Shown piece after piece: positions 48,524 through 58,260 of a stretch of DNA of 64,000 nucleotides (positions are counted from its first letter, which is position 1; each line of letters opens with the position of its first letter). Position numbers and translations under genes: made by a program. The DNA is from Polyangiales bacterium (GTDB lineage Bacteria; Myxococcota_A; Polyangia; Polyangiales; Polyangiaceae): the NCBI GenBank assembly GCA_038231275.1, contig JBBRLQ010000009.1:186199-250198 (forward strand), in the 5' to 3' direction. The notes under the pieces are model-generated. The model made no database searches and had not been told where the DNA came from. It saw only the letters and a list, made by a program, of their open reading frames with translations.

Positions 48524-51211
48524 GTGGGCAAGGGCAAAGAAGGCGGTGCTGCCAATACACCCGTGATGCGGCAGTATTTGTCTGCGAAGGCGTCGCATGA
48601 GGACGCGCTGCTGTTCTTTCGGATGGGGGATTTTTACGAGCTGTTTTTTCAGGACGCGGTCGTCGCGGCGCGGGCGCTCGATCTCACGCTGACGGCGCGG
48701 AACAAGGGATCCGACGACGAGATCCCGATGGCGGGGGTGCCGCATCACGCGGCGAGCTCGTACATCCAGCGGCTGCTCGAGCAGGGGTTCAAGGTAGCGA
48801 TCTGCGAGCAGATGGCCGATCCGGCGACGGTGAAGGGGATCGTTCCGCGCGAGGTCGTGCGCGTCGTGAGCCCGAGCATCGCGTACGACGACGCTGGGCT
48901 GACCGCGCGCGAGAACCACTACCTCGTCGCCGTGGACGTCTCGGCGGACGGCGCGACGTTCGGGGTTGCGGCGCTCGATCTGTCGACCGGAGAGCTGACC
49001 GCGTGCGAAGCGAAGGACGCCTCGAACGCGCTCGGCGAGCTGGTGCGTCTTGATCCACGAGAGGTCCTCGTGGGGCCCGGGACGCAGGCGATCGTCCAGG
49101 ATCTGCGCGCAGCGCGCCCCGGCGTGGTGGTGCGCGACGCGACCAGTCGGCGCCTCGACGAAGGCCAGGTCGACGGCGTCCTCGATCCGGTGCTCGGAAC
49201 GGGCGAGGCGCGGCGCTCGTGCCCTTCGGAGGTCGCGCGTCGCGCGGCGGCGCGGTGCGTGGCGATGGCCGCGGAGTGCGAGCCGAACCGAAAGCTTCCG
49301 GTGGCGCGCATCGCTTCGTACGAGCTCGGCGAGACGCTGGTCCTCGACGACGCGACGCAGGCGCACCTCGAGCTCGTGCGCACGATGGACGGGGCGACGA
49401 AGGGCTCGCTCCTCACGCAAATCGACGAGACCAAGACGGCGCCAGGTGCGCGTCTGCTCCGACGGAGGCTTCTCGCGCCGCGCACGAACGTCGCAGAAAT
49501 TCGGCGGCGTCACGACGCGGTGGAGCTCTTCGTCACGCAGCCGGGCCTCCGCGCCGAGGTCCGCGCGCGCCTCGCGAGCGTCGCCGACGTCGAGCGGCTG
49601 GGCGTGAAATTCGCGGTTGATCGCGCGATCCCCCGGGATTTTACGGCGCTTCGCGCGTCGCTCGCCGAGCTGCCGCACCTCGCGCGCGCGCTGGAGGGCT
49701 GCCCGGACAAGGGGGCCCGGGACGCCCTCGGCATCGCCGCGAACGAGGAGTGGATCGATCCGTGCACCGAGCTCTTCGCGCTCCTCGCGCGCGCGGTCTC
49801 CGACGATCCGCCGGTGCGCGCGAGCGACGGCGGCGTGATCCGCGAAGGGCACGACGCGGCGCTCGACGAGGCGCGCACGCTGGCGAAGGACGGCGAGCGC
49901 CTCATCGTCGAGCTCGAGGCGCGGCTCCGCGAGTCGGCACAAATCGCGAGCCTCAAGCTCCGCTACACGCGCGTCTTCGGGTGGTACATCGAGGTCACGC
50001 GCTCGCACGTGGGCAAGGCGCCGTCCACGTGGCGCCGCAAGCAGACGATCGCGACGGGCGAGCGCTTCACCTGCGACGAGCTCGACGATCTCGCGGACAA
50101 GCTTTCGCACGCCGAGTCCCGCGCCTCCGCGCGCGAGGCCGAGCTCTACGGCGCGCTGGGCAAAGACGTCGCGCGCTCCGGCGATCGTCTCCGCGCCGTG
50201 GCGACGCGCATCGCCGAGTGGGACGTCGCGAGCGCGCTCGCGGAGGCCGCGCACGCCGGCGACTACGCGCGACCGACCGTCGACGACTCGCTCGAGATCT
50301 CGCTCGAAGACGCACGCCACCCTGTCGTCGAGAAGCTCGCGGCGGCGGGGCGCTTCGTTCCGAACGACGTGCGCCTCGACGCGTCGGCCGGCGCGGACGA
50401 GGACCCCGACGACCCGCACACGCGCCTCTGGCTCGTGACGGGCCCCAACATGTCCGGGAAATCGACGCTGATGCGCCAAGTCGCGCTGTGCGTGATCTTG
50501 GCGCAAATGGGCTCGTTCGTCCCTGCGCGGCGCGCGCGTGTCGGCGTCGTCGATCGCGTGCTGACGCGCGTGGGGGCGAGCGACAACCTCGCCAAGGGCG
50601 AGAGCACCTTCATGGTCGAGATGAAGGAGACCGCGAATGTCCTTCGTCGCGCGACGCGCCGATCGCTCGTCGTGCTCGACGAGATCGGGCGCGGCACCAG
50701 CACCTACGACGGCCTCGCCATCGCGTGGGCGGTCGCCGAGCACCTGCACGACGTCGTCGGCTGCCGCGCCCTCTTCGCGACGCACTACCACGAGCTGACC
50801 GAGCTCGCGATGACGCGCCCTGGCTGCGAAAACTGGAGCGTCACCGCGCGCGAGCACGCCGGCGACATCGTCTTCTTGCACAAGCTGGTGCGCGGCGCCG
50901 CGTCGCGGAGCTACGGCGTCGCGTGCGCCCGCCTCGCCGGCATCCCGGAGCTGGTCCTCGCGCGCGCGCGCACGATCCTCGAGTCGCTCGAGAAGGGCGC
51001 GGCGTTGCCGAGCGGCGCACACGCCTCGATGCGCGCCAAGACGAGCGCCGGGCGCTCACAGCTCGATCTCTTCGCCGGCGCGCAGGCGAAGGAGCACCCC
51101 GCGATGGAGCTTCTCCGCGCCGTCGACGTCGATCGCCTCACGCCGCTCGAGGCGCTCCAGCTCGTCGATACGCTGAAGAAGATGAGCGCCGCCCCGCCGA
51201 AGACTTCGTGA
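48524..51211 (+). CDS. mutS: DNA mismatch repair protein MutS
   Basis: TPVMRQY, FFRMGDFYELF, MAGVP, TGPNMSGKST, STFMVEM, DEIGRGTST, FATHYHEL, clamp-binding QLDLF. Confidence 0.98.
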   Translation: MGKGKEGGAANTPVMRQYLSAKASHEDALLFFRMGDFYELFFQDAVVAARALDLTLTARNKGSDDEIPMAGVPHHAASSYIQRLLEQGFKVAICEQMADPATVKGIVPREVVRVVSPSIAYDDAGLTARENHYLVAVDVSADGATFGVAALDLSTGELTACEAKDASNALGELVRLDPREVLVGPGTQAIVQDLRAARPGVVVRDATSRRLDEGQVDGVLDPVLGTGEARRSCPSEVARRAAARCVAMAAECEPNRKLPVARIASYELGETLVLDDATQAHLELVRTMDGATKGSLLTQIDETKTAPGARLLRRRLLAPRTNVAEIRRRHDAVELFVTQPGLRAEVRARLASVADVERLGVKFAVDRAIPRDFTALRASLAELPHLARALEGCPDKGARDALGIAANEEWIDPCTELFALLARAVSDDPPVRASDGGVIREGHDAALDEARTLAKDGERLIVELEARLRESAQIASLKLRYTRVFGWYIEVTRSHVGKAPSTWRRKQTIATGERFTCDELDDLADKLSHAESRASAREAELYGALGKDVARSGDRLRAVATRIAEWDVASALAEAAHAGDYARPTVDDSLEISLEDARHPVVEKLAAAGRFVPNDVRLDASAGADEDPDDPHTRLWLVTGPNMSGKSTLMRQVALCVILAQMGSFVPARRARVGVVDRVLTRVGASDNLAKGESTFMVEMKETANVLRRATRRSLVVLDEIGRGTSTYDGLAIAWAVAEHLHDVVGCRALFATHYHELTELAMTRPGCENWSVTAREHAGDIVFLHKLVRGAASRSYGVACARLAGIPELVLARARTILESLEKGAALPSGAHASMRAKTSAGRSQLDLFAGAQAKEHPAMELLRAVDVDRLTPLEALQLVDTLKKMSAAPPKTS

Positions 51212-52101
51212 CGGGCGCGCAGCGCTCTCGGGCGATCGGCTTCGGCCTCGTCGCCGTCGCGGCGTGCTCGTGGGGAACGTGGCCGCTCATCCTGCGTCAC
51301 GCCGAGTCGGTGGGAAAGCTCGATCCGTCGCTCGAGGCGGTGATCCTGATGCTGGTCCTCACGCTGGTGAGTGCGCCGTTCAGCGCCGTCGATCGCGTCC
51401 GCGTGCGGGCCGACGCGCGCGCGTGGCTTGGTTTGGCGTGGCTCGGCGTCGGAGACGCGATGAACACCATCCTCTTCTTCGCCGCGTACCAGAAGACCAG
51501 CGTGGCCGTCGCCGTCCTCACGCACTATCTGACACCGATCTTCGTGGCAGTCGCCGCACCGTTCGTCTTGAAGGAACGCACGAGCGCGCGGACGTGGGGC
51601 GCGGCGGCGATCTCGTTCGTCGGTCTCTTCCTCTTGCTCGCTCCGTGGAGCGCCGGCGTTCATCGTGACGGCGCGTGGATCGGCGCGGCGTGCGGCGCCG
51701 GGAGCGCGGTCTTCTACGCGTCGAACGTCCTCGTCAACAAGAGCCTCGCCGCGACGTTCTCGGGGAGCGAGCTCATGTTCTTCCACGGCCTCGTCGCGAC
51801 GCCGCTCCTCGCCGCGTTCGTTCCCAACGCCGCCTGGTCAGCCGATCCGGCTGCGATGGCGATCGTCGCGGCGGGGAGCGTCGGCCCAGGCGCCCTCGGC
51901 GGCCTCCTCTTCGTGTGGGGATTGCGGCGCATTCAGGCGAGCCACGCATCGACGCTGACCCTCCTGGAGCCGCTCGTCGCGATGATGATCGGCGCGTTGG
52001 TGTACGGTGAGCGAATTGGGCTTGCGGGCGCAGCGGGAGCGGCGCTCATCTTGGCAGGGGCCGCGATCGTCGTGTCCGCGTCGCGAACCCAAGCGGCGTG
52101 A
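51208..52101 (+). CDS. DMT/EamA-family transporter
   Basis: GTGA overlap with the mutS stop; about 10 TM; HYLTPIFV..LKER and LLEPLVA..YGER. Confidence 0.85.
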   Translation: MTGAQRSRAIGFGLVAVAACSWGTWPLILRHAESVGKLDPSLEAVILMLVLTLVSAPFSAVDRVRVRADARAWLGLAWLGVGDAMNTILFFAAYQKTSVAVAVLTHYLTPIFVAVAAPFVLKERTSARTWGAAAISFVGLFLLLAPWSAGVHRDGAWIGAACGAGSAVFYASNVLVNKSLAATFSGSELMFFHGLVATPLLAAFVPNAAWSADPAAMAIVAAGSVGPGALGGLLFVWGLRRIQASHASTLTLLEPLVAMMIGALVYGERIGLAGAAGAALILAGAAIVVSASRTQAA

Positions 52102-52115
52102 GGCAGAAAAGACGT

Positions 52116-52130
52116 TGGCACGGCGTATGA
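52116..52130 (+). promoter_or_regulatory. Possible sigma54 promoter
   Basis: TGGCACGGCGTATGA: perfect -24 box, but -12 reads GA instead of GC. Confidence 0.4.
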
Positions 52131-52150
52131 CATCCGTAGACGGAGGAATC

Positions 52151-54229
52151 ATGCAAAGGTTCAGTGGGTTGGCTCTCGCGGCCATCCTCGGTTCGGTGAC
52201 GGCGGCGGCGTGTGGGGGCGGTCACGGGGGGCAGGCGGCAGGCCCGAAGGCGCCGACGGACAAGGCTCCGGCCCTAGCGGCCTCGGCGGCGTGCCACAAG
52301 CTCGCGCGCGCGACGGTGACCGCGGCCGGCGGGTCGGGCCAGAGCTCCACGGTGGTCCTCGCGACCGCCGACGGCAAGACGATCGCGTACGTCTCCGACG
52401 AGGACGTCCACGCGATCCTGACCATCGACGTCGACGGCAAGAAGCAGCTCGCGGTGACGCCGGTGGACGGCACGCCGGGCCACATCATGCTCACGCCCGA
52501 CGGGCGCCTCCTCGTCACGGTGCGCGACAAGAGCCAGGTGCTCGCCCTCGAGCCCGTCGCGGCCGACAAGCCGCTCGCGACGTCGTGCTCCATCGACACC
52601 GCGACCGAGCCCGTCGCTCTCGCGCTCGCGCCCGACGGAATGGTGCTCGTCTCGAGCGGCTGGGGACGCACGCTCGCCGGATACGACGGCGACACGCTCG
52701 CCCGTCGCTTCGAAGCCGCGCTCCCTCGCGAGCCGCGCGCCGTGGCCGTGAGCGAGGATGGCAAGAGCGCGTTCGTCGCGCACGCCGTCGGATCGCAGAT
52801 GAGCGTCGTCGACCTCGCCGGTGACCACAAGGTGAAGGCGCTGAAGCTCCGCGGCAAAGACCCGCTCGTCGCGATGCGCCGTCGCATGGCCCGCGCGCAG
52901 CCGGCGCGTATGAAGGCGGCCGGCATCAAGGTCACGCCCGAGATGGAGCGCCGCTTCGCCGAGATGGAGAAGGAGACGGAGGCCGACACCGAGCGCGGCA
53001 CCCGCTCCTCGTGCCAGGGCTACGCGCTCGCCAAATCGATCGATCCGGGCGGCCGCATCCTCGCCCCCGAGGTCTTCGTCGACAACGGCGACCCGAACAT
53101 GCGCGCCGAAGGCTACGGCGACGACGACAGCCCGACCGAGGCCGCCAACGTCGCGGTGATCGACGACACCACCGGGACCCCGATCGACACGTCGCTCGCC
53201 CTCAGCCGCGAGCGTTCGTTCATGGGCGTCGGCGATGATCCGCGCGATCACCACCAGCCGTGCCTCCTTCCGCGCGCGGCCGTCGTCGATCCGTCGACGA
53301 AGAACCTGCTCGTCACGTGCTTCGGCATCGACGACGTCATCGCTTACGACGCTGCCGCCGCCAGCCCGTCGCGCGCCGAGAAGCGCCGCTGGGGCGTCGG
53401 CGCCGGACCCACCGGCATCGCGGTCGAAGCGGCAAAGCACCGCGCGGTCGTGTGGTCGCAGTTCGATCGCGTCCTCGACGTCATCGAGCTCACGAACGTC
53501 GCCATCACGAGCGAGAAGACGAACCCGCGCGAGCACTCGGGTCGCATCGAGCTGCCCGCCGCCGAGCGCAAGATCGCGCCGGAGGTCGCCCTTGGCCGCC
53601 TCCTCTTCCACGCCGCCGGCGACAACCGAATCGCCAAGGACGGGCGCGCTTGCGCGAGCTGCCACCCCGACGGCCGCGACGACGCGATCACCTGGGCTAC
53701 GCCCGACGGCCCGCGCCGCACGATCCTCCTCGCCGGCCGCGTCAGCAACACGCCGCCGTACTCGTGGAGCAACGGCGAGAAGACGCTCCGCGATCACCTC
53801 GCCACGACGTTCGATCGCCTCGACGGCGGCGGCCTGCGCAGCGCCGAGCTCGACGCGATCGTCGCGTACATCTCGACGCTCTCTCCGCCCAACGCCGCGG
53901 TCGCCAAGGCCCCGAAGGACGCAAAGGCGTCGCGCGGCGAGCAGGTCTTCCTCTCGAAGGAGGCCAAGTGCGCCGAGTGCCACATCCCGAGCGCGGATTT
54001 CTCCGACGGCCAGCTCCACGACGTGAAGAGCAAGGTCAAGGCCGACCGCAGCGACCAATTCAACACCCCGTCGCTCAAGGGCGTCGGCGGCACTGGCCCC
54101 TATTTCCACGACGGCCGTTACAAGACGCTCAAGGACTTGCTGAAGGACGTCGACGGCAAGATGGGCCACACCAAGCAACTCTCCGAGACGGACCTCGACG
54201 CGCTCGAGGCCTACCTGAGGTCGATCTGA
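52151..54229 (+). CDS. Lipoprotein with a YncE-like beta-propeller and a di-heme cytochrome c (CcP/MauG-like) domain
   Basis: GGAGG RBS; lipobox AAAC; two CxxCH motifs (CASCH, CAECH); LGRLLF, TPSL, PYFHDG. Confidence 0.88.
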   Translation: MQRFSGLALAAILGSVTAAACGGGHGGQAAGPKAPTDKAPALAASAACHKLARATVTAAGGSGQSSTVVLATADGKTIAYVSDEDVHAILTIDVDGKKQLAVTPVDGTPGHIMLTPDGRLLVTVRDKSQVLALEPVAADKPLATSCSIDTATEPVALALAPDGMVLVSSGWGRTLAGYDGDTLARRFEAALPREPRAVAVSEDGKSAFVAHAVGSQMSVVDLAGDHKVKALKLRGKDPLVAMRRRMARAQPARMKAAGIKVTPEMERRFAEMEKETEADTERGTRSSCQGYALAKSIDPGGRILAPEVFVDNGDPNMRAEGYGDDDSPTEAANVAVIDDTTGTPIDTSLALSRERSFMGVGDDPRDHHQPCLLPRAAVVDPSTKNLLVTCFGIDDVIAYDAAAASPSRAEKRRWGVGAGPTGIAVEAAKHRAVVWSQFDRVLDVIELTNVAITSEKTNPREHSGRIELPAAERKIAPEVALGRLLFHAAGDNRIAKDGRACASCHPDGRDDAITWATPDGPRRTILLAGRVSNTPPYSWSNGEKTLRDHLATTFDRLDGGGLRSAELDAIVAYISTLSPPNAAVAKAPKDAKASRGEQVFLSKEAKCAECHIPSADFSDGQLHDVKSKVKADRSDQFNTPSLKGVGGTGPYFHDGRYKTLKDLLKDVDGKMGHTKQLSETDLDALEAYLRSI

Positions 54230-55347
54230 TGAAGACCCTAGCCAAAACGATCGCTCTCTCGCTCCTGGGCGCCGCCGCCCTCGTCGCCCCGTCCGCTTCG
54301 GCCGAGACGGTGAAGTACGCGTCGCTGCCGACCGGCACCGTCACGCAGCACCCCGTCGGCGAAGGGCCGAAGAACATCGCGGCGACCGAGAAAGCTCCGG
54401 GTTTCTTCCTCGCGAAGCCGCCGCCCGAGCAGACCATGAACGGGCGCATGGCCTACGTGATGCTCTTCTCGAAGGAGAAGGACGCGAAGGACTTCACTGC
54501 CGGCAAGGGCTTCGGCTTCATGAGCCCCGGTGAGGACGCCAACGACGTCTGCTTCTCGGAGCGCGCCGTCGACATCGACATCGACGAGCCGGGTGGACCG
54601 GCAGAGTGGAGCCCTTCGCTCGAGACGGGTGTTCACCTCACGCCGCATTTCATGCCGATGCCGCCGAGGGCTGCCAAGGGCGGCAAGCCGGTGCGAATGA
54701 ACGACATGCCTCGAAAGTTCGAGGTCACGGCCATGCACCAAGAGCGCTTCGTCGACCTCGGCGCCGGCAAAGCGCAGCTCGAGATGATGGATGCGTGGGT
54801 CGATCCCGCGACGCGCGGCGTTCGGCCGATCGGCAAGGCGACCCTCGCGCTCCAGAAGGTGGCCGATGCGCCCGGCGGCTTCGCGATCTACGCGGCGAAG
54901 GAGCGCACCCACGTGCAGCTCGTCGTTCGCCGCGTGAAGGAAGCCGACAAGGACGACGGCGGCGGAAGCACGTCGCGGAGCATCGCGCAGATGCGGATGA
55001 TGCAGATGCGCCGGATGCCGCTCATGATCGAGGGGAGCAGCGGCGCGCGTGACGCAAGCAGCTGCGGCTTCGCGCGCGTCGCCCTTCACGCCGAGCAGGG
55101 CGTGGGCGAGATGGCGAAGCTCGAGACCTCGGTCGTGACGACGATGCCCGCCGAAGAGCAGCCCGAGAAGAAAGAGTCGCCTCTGCAAGCGCTGCTTGGC
55201 GTCGGCGACTCGACGCAGGACCTGACGCAGCCCGAGCTGCACATGCGGCCCATCAGCATCAACATGAGCACGAGCTGGACGTCGCGTGACAAGGAGCCGG
55301 TCGTCAGCATCACGTTCGGCTGGGCGGGCCGCGACAAGAAGATGTAG
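54229..55347 (+). CDS. Secreted Met-rich hypothetical protein
   Basis: TGATG overlap with the cytochrome gene; Sec signal ending ASA; QMRMMQMRRMPLM stretch. Confidence 0.75.
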   Translation: MKTLAKTIALSLLGAAALVAPSASAETVKYASLPTGTVTQHPVGEGPKNIAATEKAPGFFLAKPPPEQTMNGRMAYVMLFSKEKDAKDFTAGKGFGFMSPGEDANDVCFSERAVDIDIDEPGGPAEWSPSLETGVHLTPHFMPMPPRAAKGGKPVRMNDMPRKFEVTAMHQERFVDLGAGKAQLEMMDAWVDPATRGVRPIGKATLALQKVADAPGGFAIYAAKERTHVQLVVRRVKEADKDDGGGSTSRSIAQMRMMQMRRMPLMIEGSSGARDASSCGFARVALHAEQGVGEMAKLETSVVTTMPAEEQPEKKESPLQALLGVGDSTQDLTQPELHMRPISINMSTSWTSRDKEPVVSITFGWAGRDKKM

Positions 55348-55355
55348 CCGTCTCC

Positions 55356-55378
55356 GTGAACGGACCCCGTCCGTTCAC
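55356..55378. terminator. 10-bp hairpin between convergent genes
   Basis: GTGAACGGAC-CCC-GTCCGTTCAC. Confidence 0.5.
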
Positions 55379-56862
55379 AGAGGCCCGGATCCCTGCCGTA
55401 TCGCGTCGATCTTCGTCGCGGCTTCGCCTCTGACCTCGCCGCCCTCCACCGGGAGTCCCAGCTCCGCGAACGGCGGGTGCTCGTCCTCGACGTCGCGGAG
55501 CGCTTCGGTGGCGACTTGGCGGTAGACCTTGAGCTTCGCTTCGTCGCCCAAGTAGACGCGCACGTTCTCGAGGCGCGAGCCACCGAGGGCGATGTGCCAC
55601 GCCAGCGCGCTCATCATCGCGTTCGCGCACATCTCGACGCTCACGCGCGCCGCGCCGGTCCCGAGCGCCGGGAACGCGAGGGATCGGTGGCCGAGCTCGT
55701 CCGACATGAGCAGCGCGCGGTGCATCGCGCGGCCGACGCACGACGCTTCGTTCCAAGCGCTGACGGCGTGCAGCACGTTCTTTGCTGCGAGCGTCCCCGC
55801 GCCGGTGGCGACGCACGAGCCGAGGGGCTGTTGCCCTTGCTTCATCGCCTCGGCCTCGATCACGTCGCCGCCGCGAAGGCGCAGCGCGTCGCCGACCCCG
55901 GTGCGCATCGCGAGCTCGAAGTTCGCGCTCGAGACGATCGCGTCGGCGTGCGCGCTCGCGATGTCGCCTACGCAGAAGCCGATGGTGCAGTGCCCGAGGC
56001 GGAACGTGTTCTTGTCGATGCAGGTGACGGGGCCGCGGAGCAGAGCCGGACGGAGCGCGCGCGCGAGGGTCCCGAAGTGCCGGCCGGCCTCGCTCGGATC
56101 CTCCGGGCGCATCGCCGGATCCTTGTCGACCATGCGTCGCACGAGGAACTGGAAATACGCCTCGGCCGGCGTGTGCGGAGCGGGGAGGGTCGGCGGCTGG
56201 GTCGGATCGAGGATCGCGGCCAGCGTCGGGTACGGCGTCCTCCCGTAGCGAAGATCGCACGCCGTCGCGCCGGCGCCGTAGACATCGGTCTTCCGATCGA
56301 CGAGCTGACCGCGCAGCTGCTCGGGCGCGCAGAAATTGATCGTGCCGCTCGCCTCCGGCACCTTGCCGTCGCCGTTCACGACCGCGATGCCGAAATCGCC
56401 GAGCCGGATGCCGGCGTCGGGGGAGCCGAAGATGTTCGACGGCTTCACGTCGCGGTGGATGACGCCCGCCTGGTGGGCGGTGTGGAGCGCCGTGCAGATC
56501 TCGCGCATCACGTGGCTGACGAACCAGAGCGGCAGACCGACGCCCAGTGCCGCGCGCCTGCGCCGATCGAGCTCCGCCATGTCGATGCCGTCGACGTACT
56601 CCTGCACGAGGTAGGGGACCTCGCCGTGCACGCCCGCGTCGATCGCGCGGACGACGCGCGGGCTGGTCACACGCGCCATGAGGCGCGCTTCGTTCAGCAT
56701 GCGCGACGTCCCCTGCACGTCGGCGACCGCGGCGCGCAGCGTCTTGATGATGACGGGAATGTTGAGCGCCGTGTGCTTGGCGAGCCAGACCTCGCTCATG
56801 CCGCCTTCGCCGAGGCGCCCCCACACCTCGTAATCGCGGAGCTTGCCTTCGAACGACGTCAT
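55375..56862 (-). CDS. Ser/Thr protein kinase fused to a C-terminal macrodomain
   Basis: Kinase: GEGGMS, VIIK, HRDVKPSN, DFG, APE, DVYG; macro: GDI..ADAIVSSAN..GVGDAL..GAGTL..VLHAV..SLAFPALGTG; no TM. Confidence 0.9.
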   Translation of the reverse strand: MTSFEGKLRDYEVWGRLGEGGMSEVWLAKHTALNIPVIIKTLRAAVADVQGTSRMLNEARLMARVTSPRVVRAIDAGVHGEVPYLVQEYVDGIDMAELDRRRRAALGVGLPLWFVSHVMREICTALHTAHQAGVIHRDVKPSNIFGSPDAGIRLGDFGIAVVNGDGKVPEASGTINFCAPEQLRGQLVDRKTDVYGAGATACDLRYGRTPYPTLAAILDPTQPPTLPAPHTPAEAYFQFLVRRMVDKDPAMRPEDPSEAGRHFGTLARALRPALLRGPVTCIDKNTFRLGHCTIGFCVGDIASAHADAIVSSANFELAMRTGVGDALRLRGGDVIEAEAMKQGQQPLGSCVATGAGTLAAKNVLHAVSAWNEASCVGRAMHRALLMSDELGHRSLAFPALGTGAARVSVEMCANAMMSALAWHIALGGSRLENVRVYLGDEAKLKVYRQVATEALRDVEDEHPPFAELGLPVEGGEVRGEAATKIDAIRQGSGPL

Positions 56863-56897
56863 CCCGCTGCCGTCAGAGTAGCGCAGACCGCGCCGGA

Positions 56898-58250
56898 CTA
56901 CCGAAGTACAGAGACCAGCCGGTCCAGATCTTCGCGCGCGTGCCGCTCGGTCACGCAGACCAGCAAATCGCGGTCATTTTGCGGGTACCAGCGCGTCAGA
57001 TCGACGCCGGCGAGGACGCCCTGCTTCTGCGCCGCCGCCACTGCCGCCTTCGCCGGGCCCTTCTTCGAGCGCACGACGAACTCGTTGAACGTCGGCGCCG
57101 CGAACGGCAGCTCCCACGCGCCGCTCTTCACGAGCTCCGCCTTCAGGTACTCCGCCTTCGCGAGGCACTGCTTCGCGACCTCTACGAAGCCCTGCTTGCC
57201 GAGGAGGCTCGCGCGGATCGTGATCGCCAGCGCGCAGAGCGCGTGGTTCGTGCAGATGTTGCTCGTCGCGCGGTCGCGCCGGATGTGCTGCTCGCGCGTC
57301 GCGAGCGTGAGCACGTATCCGCGGAGGCCGTTCTTGTCGACCGTCTCGCCGCAAAGGCGCCCCGGGATGTTCTGGAGAAACTCGCGCGAGTCCCGGCACG
57401 CGAAGAGGCCGCAGCCGGGGCCGCCGTTCTGCGGCGGGAGGCCGAGCGGCTGCCCTTCGCCGACCGCGATGTCGGCGCCGGCCGCGCCAGGTGGCTCGAC
57501 CAGCGCGAGCGCGTACGTCTCGGCGGTCGCCGTCACCAGCAGCGCGCCCTTGGCGTGCGCGAGATCCGCGATCGCCTGGAGATCGCCGACGCAGCCGAAG
57601 AAATTCGGATACCCGACGACGATGCACGCCGTGTCGTCACGCAAGAGGCGCTTCAGCGCGTCGAGGTCCGCGGTGCCGGTCTTTCCGTGCGGGACGATCT
57701 CGATCTCGGAGGCGCCGCCCGGGAGGCCTCGCACGTACGTGCGGATCGTCTCGTGGTACTCGGGGTGCACGCCGTCGCTCACGAGGACGTGCGTGCGTTT
57801 CGTCAGGCGACGCGCCATGAGCACCGCCTCGGCCGCCGCGCTGGCGCCGTCGTACATCGACGCGTTCGCCACCGGCATCCCGAAGAGCTCGCAGCACATC
57901 GTCTGGAACTCGAAGATCGCCTGCAGCGTGCCTTGTGCGACCTCCGCCTGGTACGGCGTGTACGCGGTGTAGAACTCGCCGCGCAGGAGGAGCTGGTCGA
58001 CCACCGGAGGCACGTGGTGATCGTACGCGCCGGCGCCGAGGAAGCTCAGCGTCGTCGCCGCGGTGTTTTTGTTCGCGAGCGCCGTCAGGTGGTCCATGAG
58101 GCGCGACTCGTCGAGCGCGGGCTCGATGGCGAGCGGCCCCTTGAAGCGCACCCCCTCGGGGATCGGGCTGAACAGGTCGTCGATCGACGGAACGCCGATC
58201 GCCTGCAGCATGGTGGTGATCTCGTCGGGGGTGTGAGGCAGATAGCGCAT
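56898..58250 (-). CDS. gcvPA: Glycine dehydrogenase subunit 1
   Basis: MRYLPHT, FLGAGAY, FYTAYTPYQAEVAQGTLQ, NASMYDG, TREQHIRRDRATSNICTN; 450 aa. Confidence 0.96.
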   Translation of the reverse strand: MRYLPHTPDEITTMLQAIGVPSIDDLFSPIPEGVRFKGPLAIEPALDESRLMDHLTALANKNTAATTLSFLGAGAYDHHVPPVVDQLLLRGEFYTAYTPYQAEVAQGTLQAIFEFQTMCCELFGMPVANASMYDGASAAAEAVLMARRLTKRTHVLVSDGVHPEYHETIRTYVRGLPGGASEIEIVPHGKTGTADLDALKRLLRDDTACIVVGYPNFFGCVGDLQAIADLAHAKGALLVTATAETYALALVEPPGAAGADIAVGEGQPLGLPPQNGGPGCGLFACRDSREFLQNIPGRLCGETVDKNGLRGYVLTLATREQHIRRDRATSNICTNHALCALAITIRASLLGKQGFVEVAKQCLAKAEYLKAELVKSGAWELPFAAPTFNEFVVRSKKGPAKAAVAAAQKQGVLAGVDLTRWYPQNDRDLLVCVTERHAREDLDRLVSVLR

Positions 58251-58260
58251 CGCGGGGAGC

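Noticed and set aside
47288-51022. 1244-aa - strand ORF opposite mutS, and similar long shadow ORFs (459-3083, 20687-23002, 55477-57972)
   Set aside because: No motifs; explained by stop-codon scarcity at high GC3 opposite or overlapping real genes.
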